This document shows, piece after piece, positions 1 to 12,256 of a DNA stretch of 64,000 bases. Under the pieces are notes generated by a model. The model worked only from the letters and a program-made list of their open reading frames with translations. It searched no databases and was not told the DNA's origin. Position numbers and translations under genes: made by a program. Within the stretch, counting starts at the first letter, position 1. Every line of letters begins with the position of its first letter. Origin of the DNA: Squalus acanthias (taxonomy: Eukaryota); NCBI GenBank assembly GCA_030390025.1, contig JASTWF010000331.1, forward strand, positions 434,001 through 498,000, in the 5' to 3' direction.

Positions 1-1325
1 ACCCAAACGTTGTGTAATAAAGTTTTTTCCTCATGTCGCTTCTGGTTCTTTTGCCAATCACCTTAAATCTGTTCCCATTGGTTATCGACCCTTCAGCCAC
101 TGGAAACCGTTTATCTTTGTTCACTCTATCTAACCCCTTCCTGATTTTAAACACATGTATCTAATCTCCATGAAAGGTCATCAACCTGAAACGTTAACTC
201 TCTTTCTCTCTCCACGGATGCTGCCTGGCCTGCTGAGTTTTTCCAGCGTTTTCTGTTGTTATTTCGGATTTCCAGCATCTGCAGTATTTTGCTATCGTAT
301 CTAATCTCCACTTAACCTTCAGTGCTCTAAGGAGAACAATCCCAGCTTCTCCAGTCTCTCCACGTAGCTATAATCCCTCATCACTGGAACTATTCCAGTA
401 AATCTCTTCTATACCCTCCCGAAAGCCTTCATGTCCTTCCTAAATTGTGGTGCTCAGAATTAGACACAATACTCCAGCTGGGAAAGGGGTGGGTGCGAAC
501 TAAACTTTTATATAGGCTTAACATACTTCTTGTCATTTGTACTCTCTGCCTCTACTTATACAGCCCAGGATCCCATAGGCTCTATTAACTGCTTTACTCA
601 GTTGTCCTGCCACGTTCAAAAATCCCATGGTCTCTCTGTTCTTGCACCACATGTAAAATTGTGCCATTTAGCCGATATTGTCTCTCCCCAATCTTCCAAC
701 CAAAATGCAGCTCGTCACACTTGTCTGCGTTGAATTTAATCTGTCATGTCACCGCACATTCCACCAACCTAACTATACCCTCTTGAAGTTCATTTCTCTA
801 ATCCTCATTTTTACTGCGCTTCAAAGTTTCGTGTCATTTGTAAATTTCGAAATTGTGCCCTGTAACCCTAATTTTAAGTCATTGATGTTTATCATAAACA
901 GCAGTGGTCCCAGTACTGAATCCTGTGGAAGACCAATGTATTCCTCCCTCCAGTCCGAAAAAAGCAGCTATTCACCACAGCACTCCGTTTTCTATACATT
1001 TGACAATTTTGTATCAATGCTGCTAATGCCCGTTTAATCCCATTGCCTTCAATTTTGCTAACAAGCCAATTATGTGGTGCATTCATCAAACGCTTTTTGA
1101 AAGTCCACTAACACAACATCAACTGCACTGCCATCATCCACCCACTCTGTTAGCTGATCAACACACTCAACCAAGTTAGTAAAACACGAATTGCCTTTAA
1201 CAAATCCGTGCTGATTCTCCTTTATTTTTCCATGCTTGTCCAGTTGGCTGGTAATGTTTTTAGGATTTATTGTTTATAAACAGTTCCCCTCCATCGACGT
1301 TAAACTGACTGGCCTATAATTGTAA
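1..1325 (-). mobile_element. CR1-like LINE ORF2 (RT) fragment, degenerate
   Basis: Minus-strand translations such as 'NYRPVSLTSMEG' and 'APHNWLVSKIEGNGIK' match CR1 RT; similar to the other minus-strand CR1 copies in the window. Confidence 0.8.
171..296 (+). mobile_element. 126-bp Penelope-pLTR-derived short retroposon with a truncated hammerhead-like motif
   Basis: Flanked by a 14-bp duplication GTATCTAATCTCCA (157-170, 297-310) inside the CR1; begins TGA-A-AGGTC-ATC-AACCT-GAAA-CGTT. Confidence 0.65.
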
Positions 1326-1329
1326 GGTT

Positions 1330-2528
1330 TCATTTGACGAAAGTCGTAGAGATTGGTTGAAGAGAACGACCCCCGCTCTGAGTTCTGTTCAGTTATAGCC
1401 TTGCTGAATGGAAAAAGTCCCCGTGAAACTGGTTGGCAGGAGGAGCCGCGGTCGGGCCGGGCGTGAACCGAATAGATTTGGAAAACCAATTCCTTCGGCA
1501 ATTGGCACTAGAAGTTCAAATGAAGAGTTTTCTAAGTCAGCAGAATTGGTTGGTAGGACGAGAAATAAAAGAGCATCCCCAGGCCGTCCTTTTATTTATG
1601 GAATTGACACATGAGGACAAGGAAGTCGTGGGAAAGCTAAATACTGTTAAACATAATCAGGACAATATAACTGACAATATTAGAAATGCCGTGGCATGTG
1701 CTATCTCTCTGGCATATTGGGAAAACGCAGTTAGTGAAAGTTTGAGGGATCTCTGTGAACATCGCCTCCCAGAATCTGTTCCCCAGTGGGCCTCGGACGG
1801 ATGGATGGGAACACGTCACCATACTTGTCCGGCTGGACAGTTTGTTAATGCCTACCCGCTTAGGAGATCGTGCAACAATACAAGAGATACTACCCGTGTT
1901 CCTCTGTTGGTTGGTTGATAAAGAAGGAGAACCGGTTCCACTTGTTCTGAGTACAGTCCTTTGGGCAAGTCGAGGGTGGTCGCTTGTACAGATCAGAGAC
2001 CCTCTCCACTACTTGAAAAATGGGGAGAAGGAATGGGGAGCCTTAGGACTTACAGGATGTGAGTGAGACGGGAATACTTGGTTATGTGGACATCATGTCA
2101 TCAAAGACCAGGCGTGTGGTTACACATTGCCTCCCAGTTCAAGGTCTGTAAGATGTTCCTAATGTCGAACTAAGAAGGAACAAGTATAGGAGGACTGTCA
2201 CCTTTGGGCATCCGATACTCCCGCTCTACTTTGACTTAAAGTCGGTCCTGGATCGGACTGCTACGTCCCATGAACATCTGGTCCACAGGCAGCAAACTAA
2301 TACCAGAACCAAACAGGAGAATCAACAGATAGGGAACCATTCATGGTGGGAGATGGTGTATACCGCTGATCAACAGCCATGGTATCGCCGACTGTCCGAA
2401 TCTCTGATCACTGGCCAGATCGCGCTGGTGGGATTTTACTCACCTGAGTCTGGTGGATCAGACGGGCGATAAGGCGGCTAAACGAGCGAGCTAACGTACA
2501 TGAAAAGGCAACAGGACTCAAAATGTAA
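1330..2528 (+). pseudogene. Decayed env-like (class I fusion glycoprotein) gene of LTR element A
   Basis: Fusion-peptide-like 'NWLAGGAAVGPGVNRIDLE' followed by a heptad-like helix (ORF 1433-1918). Membrane-proximal 'HSWWEMVYTADQQPWYRRLSESLITGQIALVGF' at ~2338-2440. Stops and frameshifts are present. Confidence 0.55.
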
Positions 2529-2660
2529 TCTTCTTATATTGGTATAATATTATAATAATATATATGCGCGTGTAATCAGGCACCAATGCCAATGTTTGTG
2601 CGCGATTCCGTCACATTGTCACGGGATGGACAATAAAGTCACGTGCCTGAATGGTGAGAT

Positions 2661-3146
2661 TGAAAGTGCGCAACTCCAAGCGATGGAAAGTCAGTAATGC
2701 TGCTCAACCATTCTGTGAGGCTCCACAGGAAGGAGATAGAAGAAAGTTTTCCATTTTGTCATCTCGCCCTGCCTGTTTACAGCAAGTTAATGTGTCCTTG
2801 TGTTACACTAGCTGAGCTCGTGGGTTACTGTTTGGGAACTAACTGAGCTTGTTGTTGCGGGAGCCTGACACTAACTGGTAACAGCTGGTGAACATCATAC
2901 AGTTAGGGACAAGGCCAGAGTGTACTAATTAGACCCCGGCATATTGTATATCATTATAGGGCGAGTGGTCAGTGGGGCGTGGCGGGGGATTCCAGATCGC
3001 CTACCTTGGAGTCGCAGTCTGATCAGTTTGCGATCCACGGTAGTCAGGTTGTATAATTGCTTACTGTTATCAGACTAACATTGTTACCGTTACTTAACTT
3101 CAATAAACTTAATCTTTGTACGGAACCTCATCATGACAAATTTACA
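2661..3146 (+). mobile_element. Putative 3' LTR of element A
   Basis: TGAAA...TTTACA ends, AATAAA at 3102-3107, directly downstream of the env remnant; no second LTR available for comparison. Confidence 0.35.
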
Positions 3147-3737
3147 TTCCGGTGTCCCTTTGAGTTCGGGAGTTCTCGGCCCTTATTACATCGCGTGGTA
3201 CTAAACCTTGGTCGAGAAATTCGTCTCGGGCGGTGTCGAAAAATGGGCGGTATCGGATCGGCCGTCCGTTATTCGCAGCGCCTGATATTCAGTTTCATTG
3301 ACTGCCCATATCACATTGGGTTTGGTTGTGCAGAGTCTGGGCTCCCGGAAGTGCCGAATTTCGAAAGCCAGATGTGGAATTGTTGAATTTATTGTTTCCT
3401 GGCCGGGGCCAGAATCTTAACTCAGGTTTCGGAGTGTTTATTGACGATCATAGGAGTGCATGTGAGGGAGTCAATGGGAGAGGTACAGAATATTGGAACC
3501 GCCCCAAAGCAACTATGTGACATCCCAATCCGGCACTCCCGGAAAACCCGGTGATTCAGTAGGAAGTAGAGCTCCGGGTAGAGGAATAGAACTTGGTTAA
3601 AAATGACATTTTTGGGTGAAAATTCTGATGATCGAGTTCTCGCCACGGTGCTGCAGCCGCAGGAGTGAAACCGCAGGTAAACTCTGCTGGTTCTGAGAGC
3701 TCCAATGGGAGAAAGACGAGATTCTGTTCAACAAAGT

Positions 3738-4169
3738 GGAATGATCATCACTACCCTCCCACAGATATAGAGTTAGACTGTCCTGTTAACAGACAGGAGC
3801 TGGGAATGATCATCACTGCACTCCCACAGATATAGAGTTAGACTGTCCTGTTAACAGACAGGAGCTGGGAATGAGCATCATTACACTCTCGGAGATATAG
3901 AGTTAGACTATCCTGTTAACAGACAGGAGCTGGGAATGTTCATCACAGCACTCCCACAGATATAGAGTTAGACTGTCGTGTTAACAGACAGGAGCTGGGA
4001 ATTACCATCACGGCGCTCCCGCAGATATAGAAATAGCCTATCGTGTTAACAGACAGGAGCTGGGAATGTTCATCACTACACTCCCGAAGATATAGAGTTA
4101 GACTATCGTGTTACCAACAGGAGCCGGAAACGATCATCACTGCACTCCCACAGATATAGAGATAGACTG
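3738..4169. repeat. 65-bp minisatellite, ~6.5 copies
   Basis: Unit GGGAATGATCATCACTGCACTCCCACAGATATAGAGTTAGACTGTCCTGTTAACAGACAGGAGCT; TGGGAA recurs at 3801, 3866 and 3931. Confidence 0.95.
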
Positions 4170-4629
4170 GACCATCTTGAAAATATTCGTGAATTACTTT
4201 AAAATTTGACGCTGCCTTCGCACAACAATGTGTTTTTTTATTTTTTCAAGATGGTGCTCATCAGTAGATCTCACATTGCTTCCGTGATGCTCTGCACCGG
4301 ACTGTGTTAATTCAATGATCCAGTTTCAACTTTTAGTGTTCCTCTACCTTGCCTGAAATACTGCTTTTATGTTTTGGTCTCACTACATTAACTGGAGGAA
4401 TATATTTTCCAGAATAAATTACAGGGTTCGATTCTCTGGTCCGGAGAATGAAACACTCCCACCTTTTCTTATCAGATTGTGCAATTTCATATTAGATAAT
4501 TATTCTATTTCTACTAATGAAGCACGTCACAACAACGCCCGAATATCTCTATAGCGGAAACTAACACAATCGTTTAATCTAATACAGCCCTCCAATCTAA
4601 TGCAACTCCTCAATCAAATTCAGCGCCAC

Positions 4630-5470
4630 AAACTTGCAGAATGGGTACATAATTGTCAAATAAATTTCAACAGAGACAAGTGTGAGGTTTTTCATCTTTG
4701 TTAAGAAAAATGAGGAAGTCACATTTTACTTGGAATATAACAATCTAAATAGGAACACGGAGCAAAGCTTTCTGGGAGTAGAATACACAAATCACTAAAA
4801 TGGAGACACAGGTTAATAAATCATAAAAAGCAAACCATGCGCTAAGGTTTATGACTAGAGGGGTAGTATTGAAAAGTAAAGAAGTTATGCTAAACGTGTA
4901 TCGAACTTTGGTTAGACCACACGTGGAGCACTATGTATAGTTTTAATGGCAATATTAGAACAATAATATAGAGGCACTGGAAAGGATGAAAAAAAAAGAT
5001 TTACAAGGATGATCCCAGAAATACGAGCTTATACCTATCAGGATAGGATGAACAGGTTGTGTCTCTTTACTCTTGAAAAGAGAAGGTTGAGGTGTGACCT
5101 GAGTGAGGTCTTTAAAATTATGAAAAGTTTTGAGAGCGTAGATACAGAGAGAGTGTTTTCACTTGTGGGGAAGAGCAAACCTAGAGGCCATTAGTATAAG
5201 ATAGTCACGAAGAAATCAAATAGGGAATTCAGAGGAAGCTACTTTACCCAGCGAGTGGTGAAAATGTGGAACCCGCCGGCAAAGGGAGTGATTGAGGCAA
5301 ATAATTTAGATAGATTTAATGGGAGGCTAGATACACACATGAGGGAGAAGAGAATAGAGGGCTATTCTAATATAATTCTATGAGGAAGGATGGGAGGAGA
5401 CTCGAGTGGGCATATAAGCTGGATAAGACTGGTTCTGTGCTGTTTGTTCTATGTAATTTTATGTGATCAT
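4630..5470 (+). mobile_element. CR1-like LINE 3' fragment
   Basis: 'RLCLFTLEKRRLRCDLSEVFKIMK...RGH' is the CR1 ORF2 C-terminus. Confidence 0.85.
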
Positions 5471-5596
5471 GGAATCATATATTAATCCACAACAGAAGAA
5501 TTTGTAAACCTGATCTCTTTTCTTTTCTAATCCCATTTACATTCTTATTTTCTAAGTAAAATGGGATCTCCTTAATTTTCTTAACAACATGAAAGT

Positions 5597-6535
5597 GTCA
5601 GCCGTTGCTCAGTGGGTAGCACTCTCGATTCTGAGTCAGGAGGTTGTGGGTTCACACTTCAACTCCAGAGACTTGAGCACAGGATTCTAGGCCGGCAGTA
5701 CAAAGGGAGTGCTGCACTGTTCGAGATGCCATCTTTCCGATGAGACGTTAAGCTGAGACTCCGTCTGCTCTCTCAGGTGGATGTAAAAGTTCCCATAATG
5801 CTATTTTGAACAAGAGCAGGGGAATTATCCCCGGTGTTCCGGCTAATGTTTAACCCCCAATCAATGCGGGAATGGTAGCATTGTTGTTGTGTTACTGGAT
5901 TAGTAATCCAGAGGCCTGGACTGATAATCTGGAGACATGAGTCCAAATCTATCCACGGCAGCTGGGGAATTGCAAGGTAGCTCATTAAATAAATCTAGAA
6001 AAAATAAAAGCGAGTATCAGTAATGGGAATCATCTGGTAAAAACCCATCTGGTTCAGAATGTCCTTTAGGGAAGGAAATCTTCCGTCCTTACCTGGTCTG
6101 GCCTACATGTGACTACAGACGCACAGCAATGTTTTTGATTTTAACTGCCCCCTGAAGTGGCCTAGAGAGCCATTCAGTTAACCAAACTGCTACGACAAAG
6201 TCAGCACTGTGGGAGAACCTTCACCAAACCGACTGCAGCGGTTCATAAGGCAGCTCACCACCACCTTCTCAAGAGCAATTAGGGATGGGCAATAAATGCC
6301 GGTCTTGCCAGCGACGCCCACATCCGGTGTACGAATAATAAAAAAAGCTAAAAAAAACCAGTGTATCTGATCATTATCACATTGCTGCTTGTGGGAGCTT
6401 GCTGTGTGCAAATGGACTGCTGCATTTACTACATTACAACAGTGACTACACGTCAAAAGTACTTGATTGCCTGTGAATCTCTTTGGGATGTCTGAAGGTC
6501 GTGTAAGGCGCTATATAAATTAAAGTCTGTCTTTC
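5597..6535 (+). mobile_element. tRNA-derived DeuSINE (SacSINE1-like) interrupted by a second tRNA-derived SINE (~5865-6350)
   Basis: A box GCTCAGTGGGTAG and B box GGTTCACACTTC; Deu-like core '...ctctcaggtggatgtaaaag...cacattgctg..tgtgggagcttgctgtg'; L2-type tail 'aggcgctatataaat'. The inner SINE has its own tRNA-like head and A-rich tail. Confidence 0.75.
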
Positions 6536-6539
6536 GATC

Positions 6540-7965
6540 AGAACGAGGCTATTCGAACCATCGATCTACGTCTACTCTTTCGATGAGCCATACAGTTATT
6601 CCCACTCCCTCACTCTTTCCCCAAATCCCTGCAATTATTCTCCTTCAGGTATTTATCCAGTTCCCTTTTAAAGGCTGCTATTGAATCTGTACCCAACTCC
6701 CTATCAGGCAGTGAATTCCAAATCCTAACCACTCGCTGTGTGAAAATGTTTTAGCTCATGTCGCCTCTGGTTCTTCTGCCAATCACCTTCAATCTGTGCC
6801 CTCTGGTCATTGACCGTTCATACACTGGAAACAGTTTCTCTTTATTTACTCAATGGAACCCCTTCATGATGTTAAACACCTTCATCAAATCTCCTCTTAG
6901 CACTCTCTGCACCAAGGTGTACAACCCGAGCTTCTGCAATCTATCCACGCAATTGTAGTCCATCATCCCTGGAACCGTTCTGGTGAATCTCTTCTGTACC
7001 CTCTCCAAAGCCTTCACGTCCTTTTTAAAGTGTGGTGAACAGAATTGGACACAAAACTCCAGCTGAGGCCGAACTAGTGTTTTTAACAGGTTTAACATAA
7101 CTTCCTGGCTTTTGTACTCTGTGCCTCTATTTATAAAGCCCAGGATCCGTTATGCTTTATTAACTGCTTTGGTAACCTTTACTGCCACCTTAAAAAATTT
7201 GTGCACAAACACCCCCAGGTACCTTTGTTCTTGCACCCAATTTATAATTGTAATATTTAGCTTGTACTGTCTCGCCTCATTTTTCCTAACAAAATGTATC
7301 ACCTCACACCTTTCAGCGTTGAATTACATCTGCCACATGTCCGCCCATTCCATTGACTGTCTATCTCCTCTTGAAGTCTATTACCAGCCGCCTCACTGGT
7401 TACTACACTTCAAAGTTTATCTCTTCTGCAAATCTCGAAAATGTGCCCTTTACCCTCAACTCCAATCATTAATGTGTATCAAAGCAGCAGTGGTCTTAGT
7501 ACGGAACCACGGGGAAAACCACGGTATACCTACCTCCAGTCCGAAAGACAGCGACTCAGCACAACTCTCTGTTTTTATCTAAAAGCCAATTTTATATCAA
7601 TGCTGCTACTGCCCCTTTTATCCCATGGGCTTCCATTTTGCAACCAAGCCTGGTATGTGGTCCTTTATCAAACGCCTTTTCAAAGTCCATATACACAATA
7701 CCAACTGCACTGCCCTCATCCCCCCTCTCTGTTAACTCAGCAACAAACTCAATCAGGTTAGGCAAACATGATTTGCCCTGAACAAATCCGCGCTGGCTCT
7801 CCTTTAATAGTCCAGACTTTTCTAAGTTTCTGTTAATTTTCACCCGGATTATTGCTTCTAAAAGCATCACCACCACTGGCATTAAACTGATTGGTCTATA
7901 ATAGCCAGTTTTTTCCTTCTCCCATTTCTTGAACAAGGGTGTAAAATTTGCAATCCTGCAGTCCA
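6540..7965 (-). mobile_element. CR1-like LINE RT fragment
   Basis: ORFs 7592-7966 (YRPISL, QRGFVQGKSCLPNL, VYMDFEKAFDK) and 6850-7098 (LVRPQLEFCVQF). Confidence 0.9.
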
Positions 7966-7989
7966 AAGATCGATATCAATAAAAACATG

Positions 7990-9560
7990 ATATTTTGGCA
8001 CCGAGCCACAGGAGATATCAAGGTAGATTACAAAAAGCTTGATCAAAGATTTAGGCTTTAAGCTGCATATTAACAGAGGATCGAAAGGTGGAGAGGCGGA
8101 TATGTTTAGGGAGGGAATTCCAGAGTTTAGAGAGAAGGCAGCTTAAAGCACAGCCTCCAATGGTGGAGCGATTAAAATCGACGATGCACAAGAGGCCACA
8201 ATTGAATGAGCACAGATAATTTGGAGGCTTTTAGGACGTGAGGAGGTTACAGAGATAGGGAGGGGGAGGTTATTGATGTATTTGAAAATAGCGATGAGGA
8301 TTTTAAAATTGAGGCATTTTCGGCCCGGGAGACAGTGAAGGCCAGCGAGCACAGAGGCGATTTGGAGCGAGTTAAGTTGCTGGCAGCAGAATTTTAGCAG
8401 GGTAAAATGCGGAAGGCCAGCCAGGAGAACATTGCAATAGTCAAGTCTGGAGGTAACAAAACCATGGATGAGGGTTTCAGCAGCAGATGATCTGAGGCAG
8501 GTTCGGAGTCGAGCGATATAACGGAGGTGGAAGTAGGCTGTCTTGGTGATGGTGCAGATATGTGGTCAGAAACTCATCTCGGGGTCAAACACAAGGCCAA
8601 GGTGTTGAACTGTCTGGCTTAGACTAAGATACTTGCCAGGGATGGAAACGTTTGTCAGGGAGTTTGTACCAGGGACCAAAGTCTTCAGTCTTCCCAATAT
8701 TTCGTTGGAGAAAATTGCTGCTCATCCAATACTGGATGTCGGGCAAGATTTGTGACGAATCAGAGAGAGTGGACGGATCCAGAGAGGTGGTGGTGAGGTA
8801 GAGCTGAGTGTCGCCGACATAGGTATAGTACCTGATGTTGTGTTTTCAGATGATATCGTCAAGAAATAGCATGTAGATGAGAAGTAGAAGTGGGCCAAGA
8901 ATAGATGCTTGCGCGACTCCAGAGGTAACAGTGTGGGAGTGGAAGATAAGCCATTGCAGGTGATTCTCTGACTACGATTAGATAGTTAAGAATGAAGCAA
9001 TCCAGGGAAGTTCAATGCAGCTGGTAGACGGAGGAGAGTCATTCGAGGAGGACAGTGTGGCCCACTGTGTCGAAGCTTGCTGATAGGTCTAGAAGGATGA
9101 GGAGGGATAGATTATCAAGGTCACACTCAGAAAGAATGGCTTTTGTGACTTTGATAAGGGCTGTTACACTTGTAGAGCCGGAAATCTGATTGGAAGGATT
9201 CAAGCCTGAAATTGCTGGAAAGTTTAGCTGTCATTTTGAAAGTGATGAAACATTCAATGTCATTGAAGGGGCAGGGAGTTTGGAGATTGGAGCGGTAGTT
9301 TGCAAGGACAGAGGGATCAAGCAAAGGCTTTTTGAGGATACGGCTGATGACAGCAGATATGACAGTGGGGACAACAGCTAAAGAGAGGTAACCTTTAACA
9401 ATATCAGTGAACATGGGTCCCAGGAAGGGAAGTTTACCGATAAACAATTTGTTCGGAATAGGATCGAGGGAGCAGAATGTGGGTCTCAGGAACAAGATTA
9501 TGTCGGAGGGAGCATTGCTGGAGATGTGACTGAATCTTGAGAAAGACGTGAGGTTATTAA
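7990..9560 (-). mobile_element. L2-like LINE RT/3' fragment
   Basis: ORF 9127-9594 'CSLDPIP...LKKPLLDPSVLANYR...ESFQSDFR'; ORF 8143-8352 'LAGLHCLP...NFKIL'. Confidence 0.8.
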
Positions 9561-9564
9561 ACCT

Positions 9565-10363
9565 GAGACTGAAACTTAATCTTTTGTTAAACAAAGTATT
9601 TGTTGTTCTCAGTTTTTACACACCAGCTTAACTTAAATTGTAGTTCAAAGGTTTTGTTCCAACTCTTGGGGCACAATCTTATTCGCACATTCTTAAAACT
9701 TCCAAAATCCAAGACAAGACAAAAGTTTTAAACGCTTTTAACACAGAGAAGTGAGTGGAGCTAAACACACATAACAAAGACTTTTTGTTTTATAGACAGA
9801 CTTTCAGGCAAAATAAATACTGTAATTCTTAAACATTCATAATCAGGAAAACTTTCACTCTTTAACACACACTTTCACACAAACTGAAATTTCAGCATTA
9901 TTTAACGACCCTTTCACTCACCAAATCTTGTGTTTTATTTGTCTCGGCACAGACGTTAATAACTTCCATGTCGATAAAGCTTTAAACTTCTCCTTTTTTT
10001 CTCTTTTTAAATCGGCATCTCAGCAGCTTTCCCTGGCTTTCCAAATCCCTGTTTTTCCCTTCCTTTGCAGTGTTTTCAGATTGGTTAGCCTGCAAATTAG
10101 ATAATTGTCCTCTATATCTCCCCCCTCTCTCTCCTGCACTTTATGCTTCACCTCCTTCAGGCTATCTATCAACTGTTCCCGCTGATATGCCAACGCCATT
10201 GTATTTCTGGTTCTAACTTTCAACACGTTCTTTACCGCTCCCTTCTTTCAGAGAGAAAACAAAACTATTCTCAGTCTAAGCAACGATCACGTGCGTTTGA
10301 CCGCGACCCTCCGGTCCCCGGAATCTTAAAATCACTAACTCCGTGATCCCACTTCTGACATCA
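9565..10363 (-). mobile_element. 5' internal region of an LTR retroelement, with tRNA-Leu(CAA) primer-binding site at 10363-10346
   Basis: Minus strand TGATGTCAGAAGTGGGAT is a 17/18 match to the TGGTGTCAGAAGTGGGAT tRNA-Leu PBS, 1 nt after the LTR's CA end. Confidence 0.75.
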
Positions 10364-10364
10364 C

Positions 10365-11144
10365 TGTAATATTAGGATCATAGGCCAAAAACAGATTACG
10401 CAAAGGGTTTTAGGAGTTGCAAGGCTTTTATTAAAGCGCTACATTTTGAAAGCACCATAAGATTATTACATATGCTTTAAGCTGAGTATAATAGACACAC
10501 AACCCGTGACAGTAGAGGGCGATCTACGACTCCCTAATCGGAATGGCACGACTGGACGGACGGGGAGGCAGTACGGTGGTCTCGGATTGGGTGGTTTCCT
10601 GCAATCTGCTGCAGCGGTTACTTCCGTTGGGTCATCTCTCGGGCTGTTGGAGGTGTTAGACAGTCAGCCACCTCAGAGTCTAAACTTGGCCAAGGTGTTA
10701 GGCCGCAGCCACCTCGGGAAGACTTCTCTCCTAACTGCCTGATTTCCTCTCTCGGTCGTCCATATTTACAGTTATTTTGGTTGTCTGGTAATCACCTGGT
10801 GTCAATCATTTGATCTCCCAACCTATTGTCCAATTGTGAAGCGGGAAGGCATCCCTCGCCGTCCCTTTCTGAATGGCTGACGAGGCCTACCTCTTAACCT
10901 TCTGAGGAATGTTTTTGCTATGTTTCTTTAAGGATATTTTATCGTTTTTCGGCCTCCATTTGTGTCTGTTATCACACCACCGTGTGTTGTTTTGCATTTT
11001 ACAATTCCCTTATTACGTCTATTTGTTTTTTCATGCTTGTTATTCGACATTGCTGGCATTTCCGCTATCTGTTCCTGGCTGCATGTTATTAATCACTGTT
11101 CTAAGAATTAATACTGATTTTTGAATCCAACATTATTTCTTACA
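10365..11144 (-). mobile_element. 5' LTR (780 bp)
   Basis: TGTAA...TTACA inverted termini, minus-strand AATAAA at 10432-10427, adjacent PBS. Confidence 0.8.
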
Positions 11145-11685
11145 GTACAGTGTTTTGGTCTCCTTATCGAAGGCAGGATATACTTGCCCTGGAAGCCGTG
11201 CAACGAATTATCACTAGATTGATTCCTGGGATGAGAGGGCTGTCCTGTGATGAGAGATTGTGTAGAATGGAGCTATTAGCTCTGGAGTTTAGAAGAATGA
11301 GAGGTGATCTCCTTGAAACATACAAGAAACTGAAGTGGACTGAGAGGGTAGATGCTGAGAGTTTTTTTCCCCTGGCTGGAGAATCTAGAACTGGGGGACC
11401 TAGTTCAGTATAAGGTTTCGGGCATTTAAGACTGAGATGTGGAGAAATTTCATGAATCAGACGATCCTGAATCTTTGGAAAATCTGCACCAGAGAGCTGT
11501 GCATGTGAGCCTTTGAGTATATTCAAGGCTGAAAAACATATATTTTTGGACTCATGGGGAATTCGGGGATGTGGAGTTCGTGACGGAAAGTGGAATTGAT
11601 CAGCCATGATGTTATTGAATGGCGCAGCAGACTCGTGGGGCCATATGGCTTAATCCTGCTTTTATTTCTTATGTTTTTATGTTCT
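11145..11685 (+). mobile_element. CR1-like LINE 3' end
   Basis: 'FWSPYRRQDILALEAVQR...EFRRMRGDLLETYK' and a TTCTATG-like tail. Confidence 0.85.
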
Positions 11686-12256
11686 AACAATATAAAAAAA
11701 CAGAAGCTCACACGTTTCTTAGAAAGCCAACGTTCGAAAGAGCCAATTGACAATTAAAGAGTCTTAATTTCAATAAATCGTCATATTTATGATTTAATAT
11801 TCAAGGATTTCCTACAGTTTGAGAATTTTCTTATCATCAATACGTAAATAAATCTGATGATTTATTCTTTTAAAAAAATATCTCTAAACTGTATCTCATG
11901 TGCTGTAAAACGCAGCCCAGACCTGTCTGTCTCCCTATTGAGCAGATATCACTGTGGATGAGACACACAGATTGTTGCATGAAACGGTTGAAATGACGAA
12001 CACAAGAGCTCAGCTGAAAGTGAACAAAATAGCTGCCCTGCACGTGAAACACAAATGGCGCAGCAGACAATCAAAATAGAGACCTGACCTGAAACCCAAT
12101 TTCTAAACTGTCGCTGAATGAAATGTAGATATCGAGCGATTACTGCTGTAATTCAGGAGAGGGACATCTAGCGATTAATATTAGATTAGTGAACTGGAAA
12201 CCCTCTGTACCACCTCTGGCATTAGTTCATTTGTTTTTTATTAATTAATTTAATCA

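Larger units (their letters stand above)
4172..7965 (+). repeat. Segmental duplication copy 1 (paralogous to ~20195-24065; GPCR upstream cassette)
   Basis: Collinear unique sequence, 18-bp seed, CR1(+), nested SINEs and CR1(-) in the same order as 20195-24065. Confidence 0.9.

Noticed and set aside
3738..4169. CRISPR-like array
   Set aside because: Units are contiguous with no unique spacers, there are no cas genes, and the context is eukaryotic.
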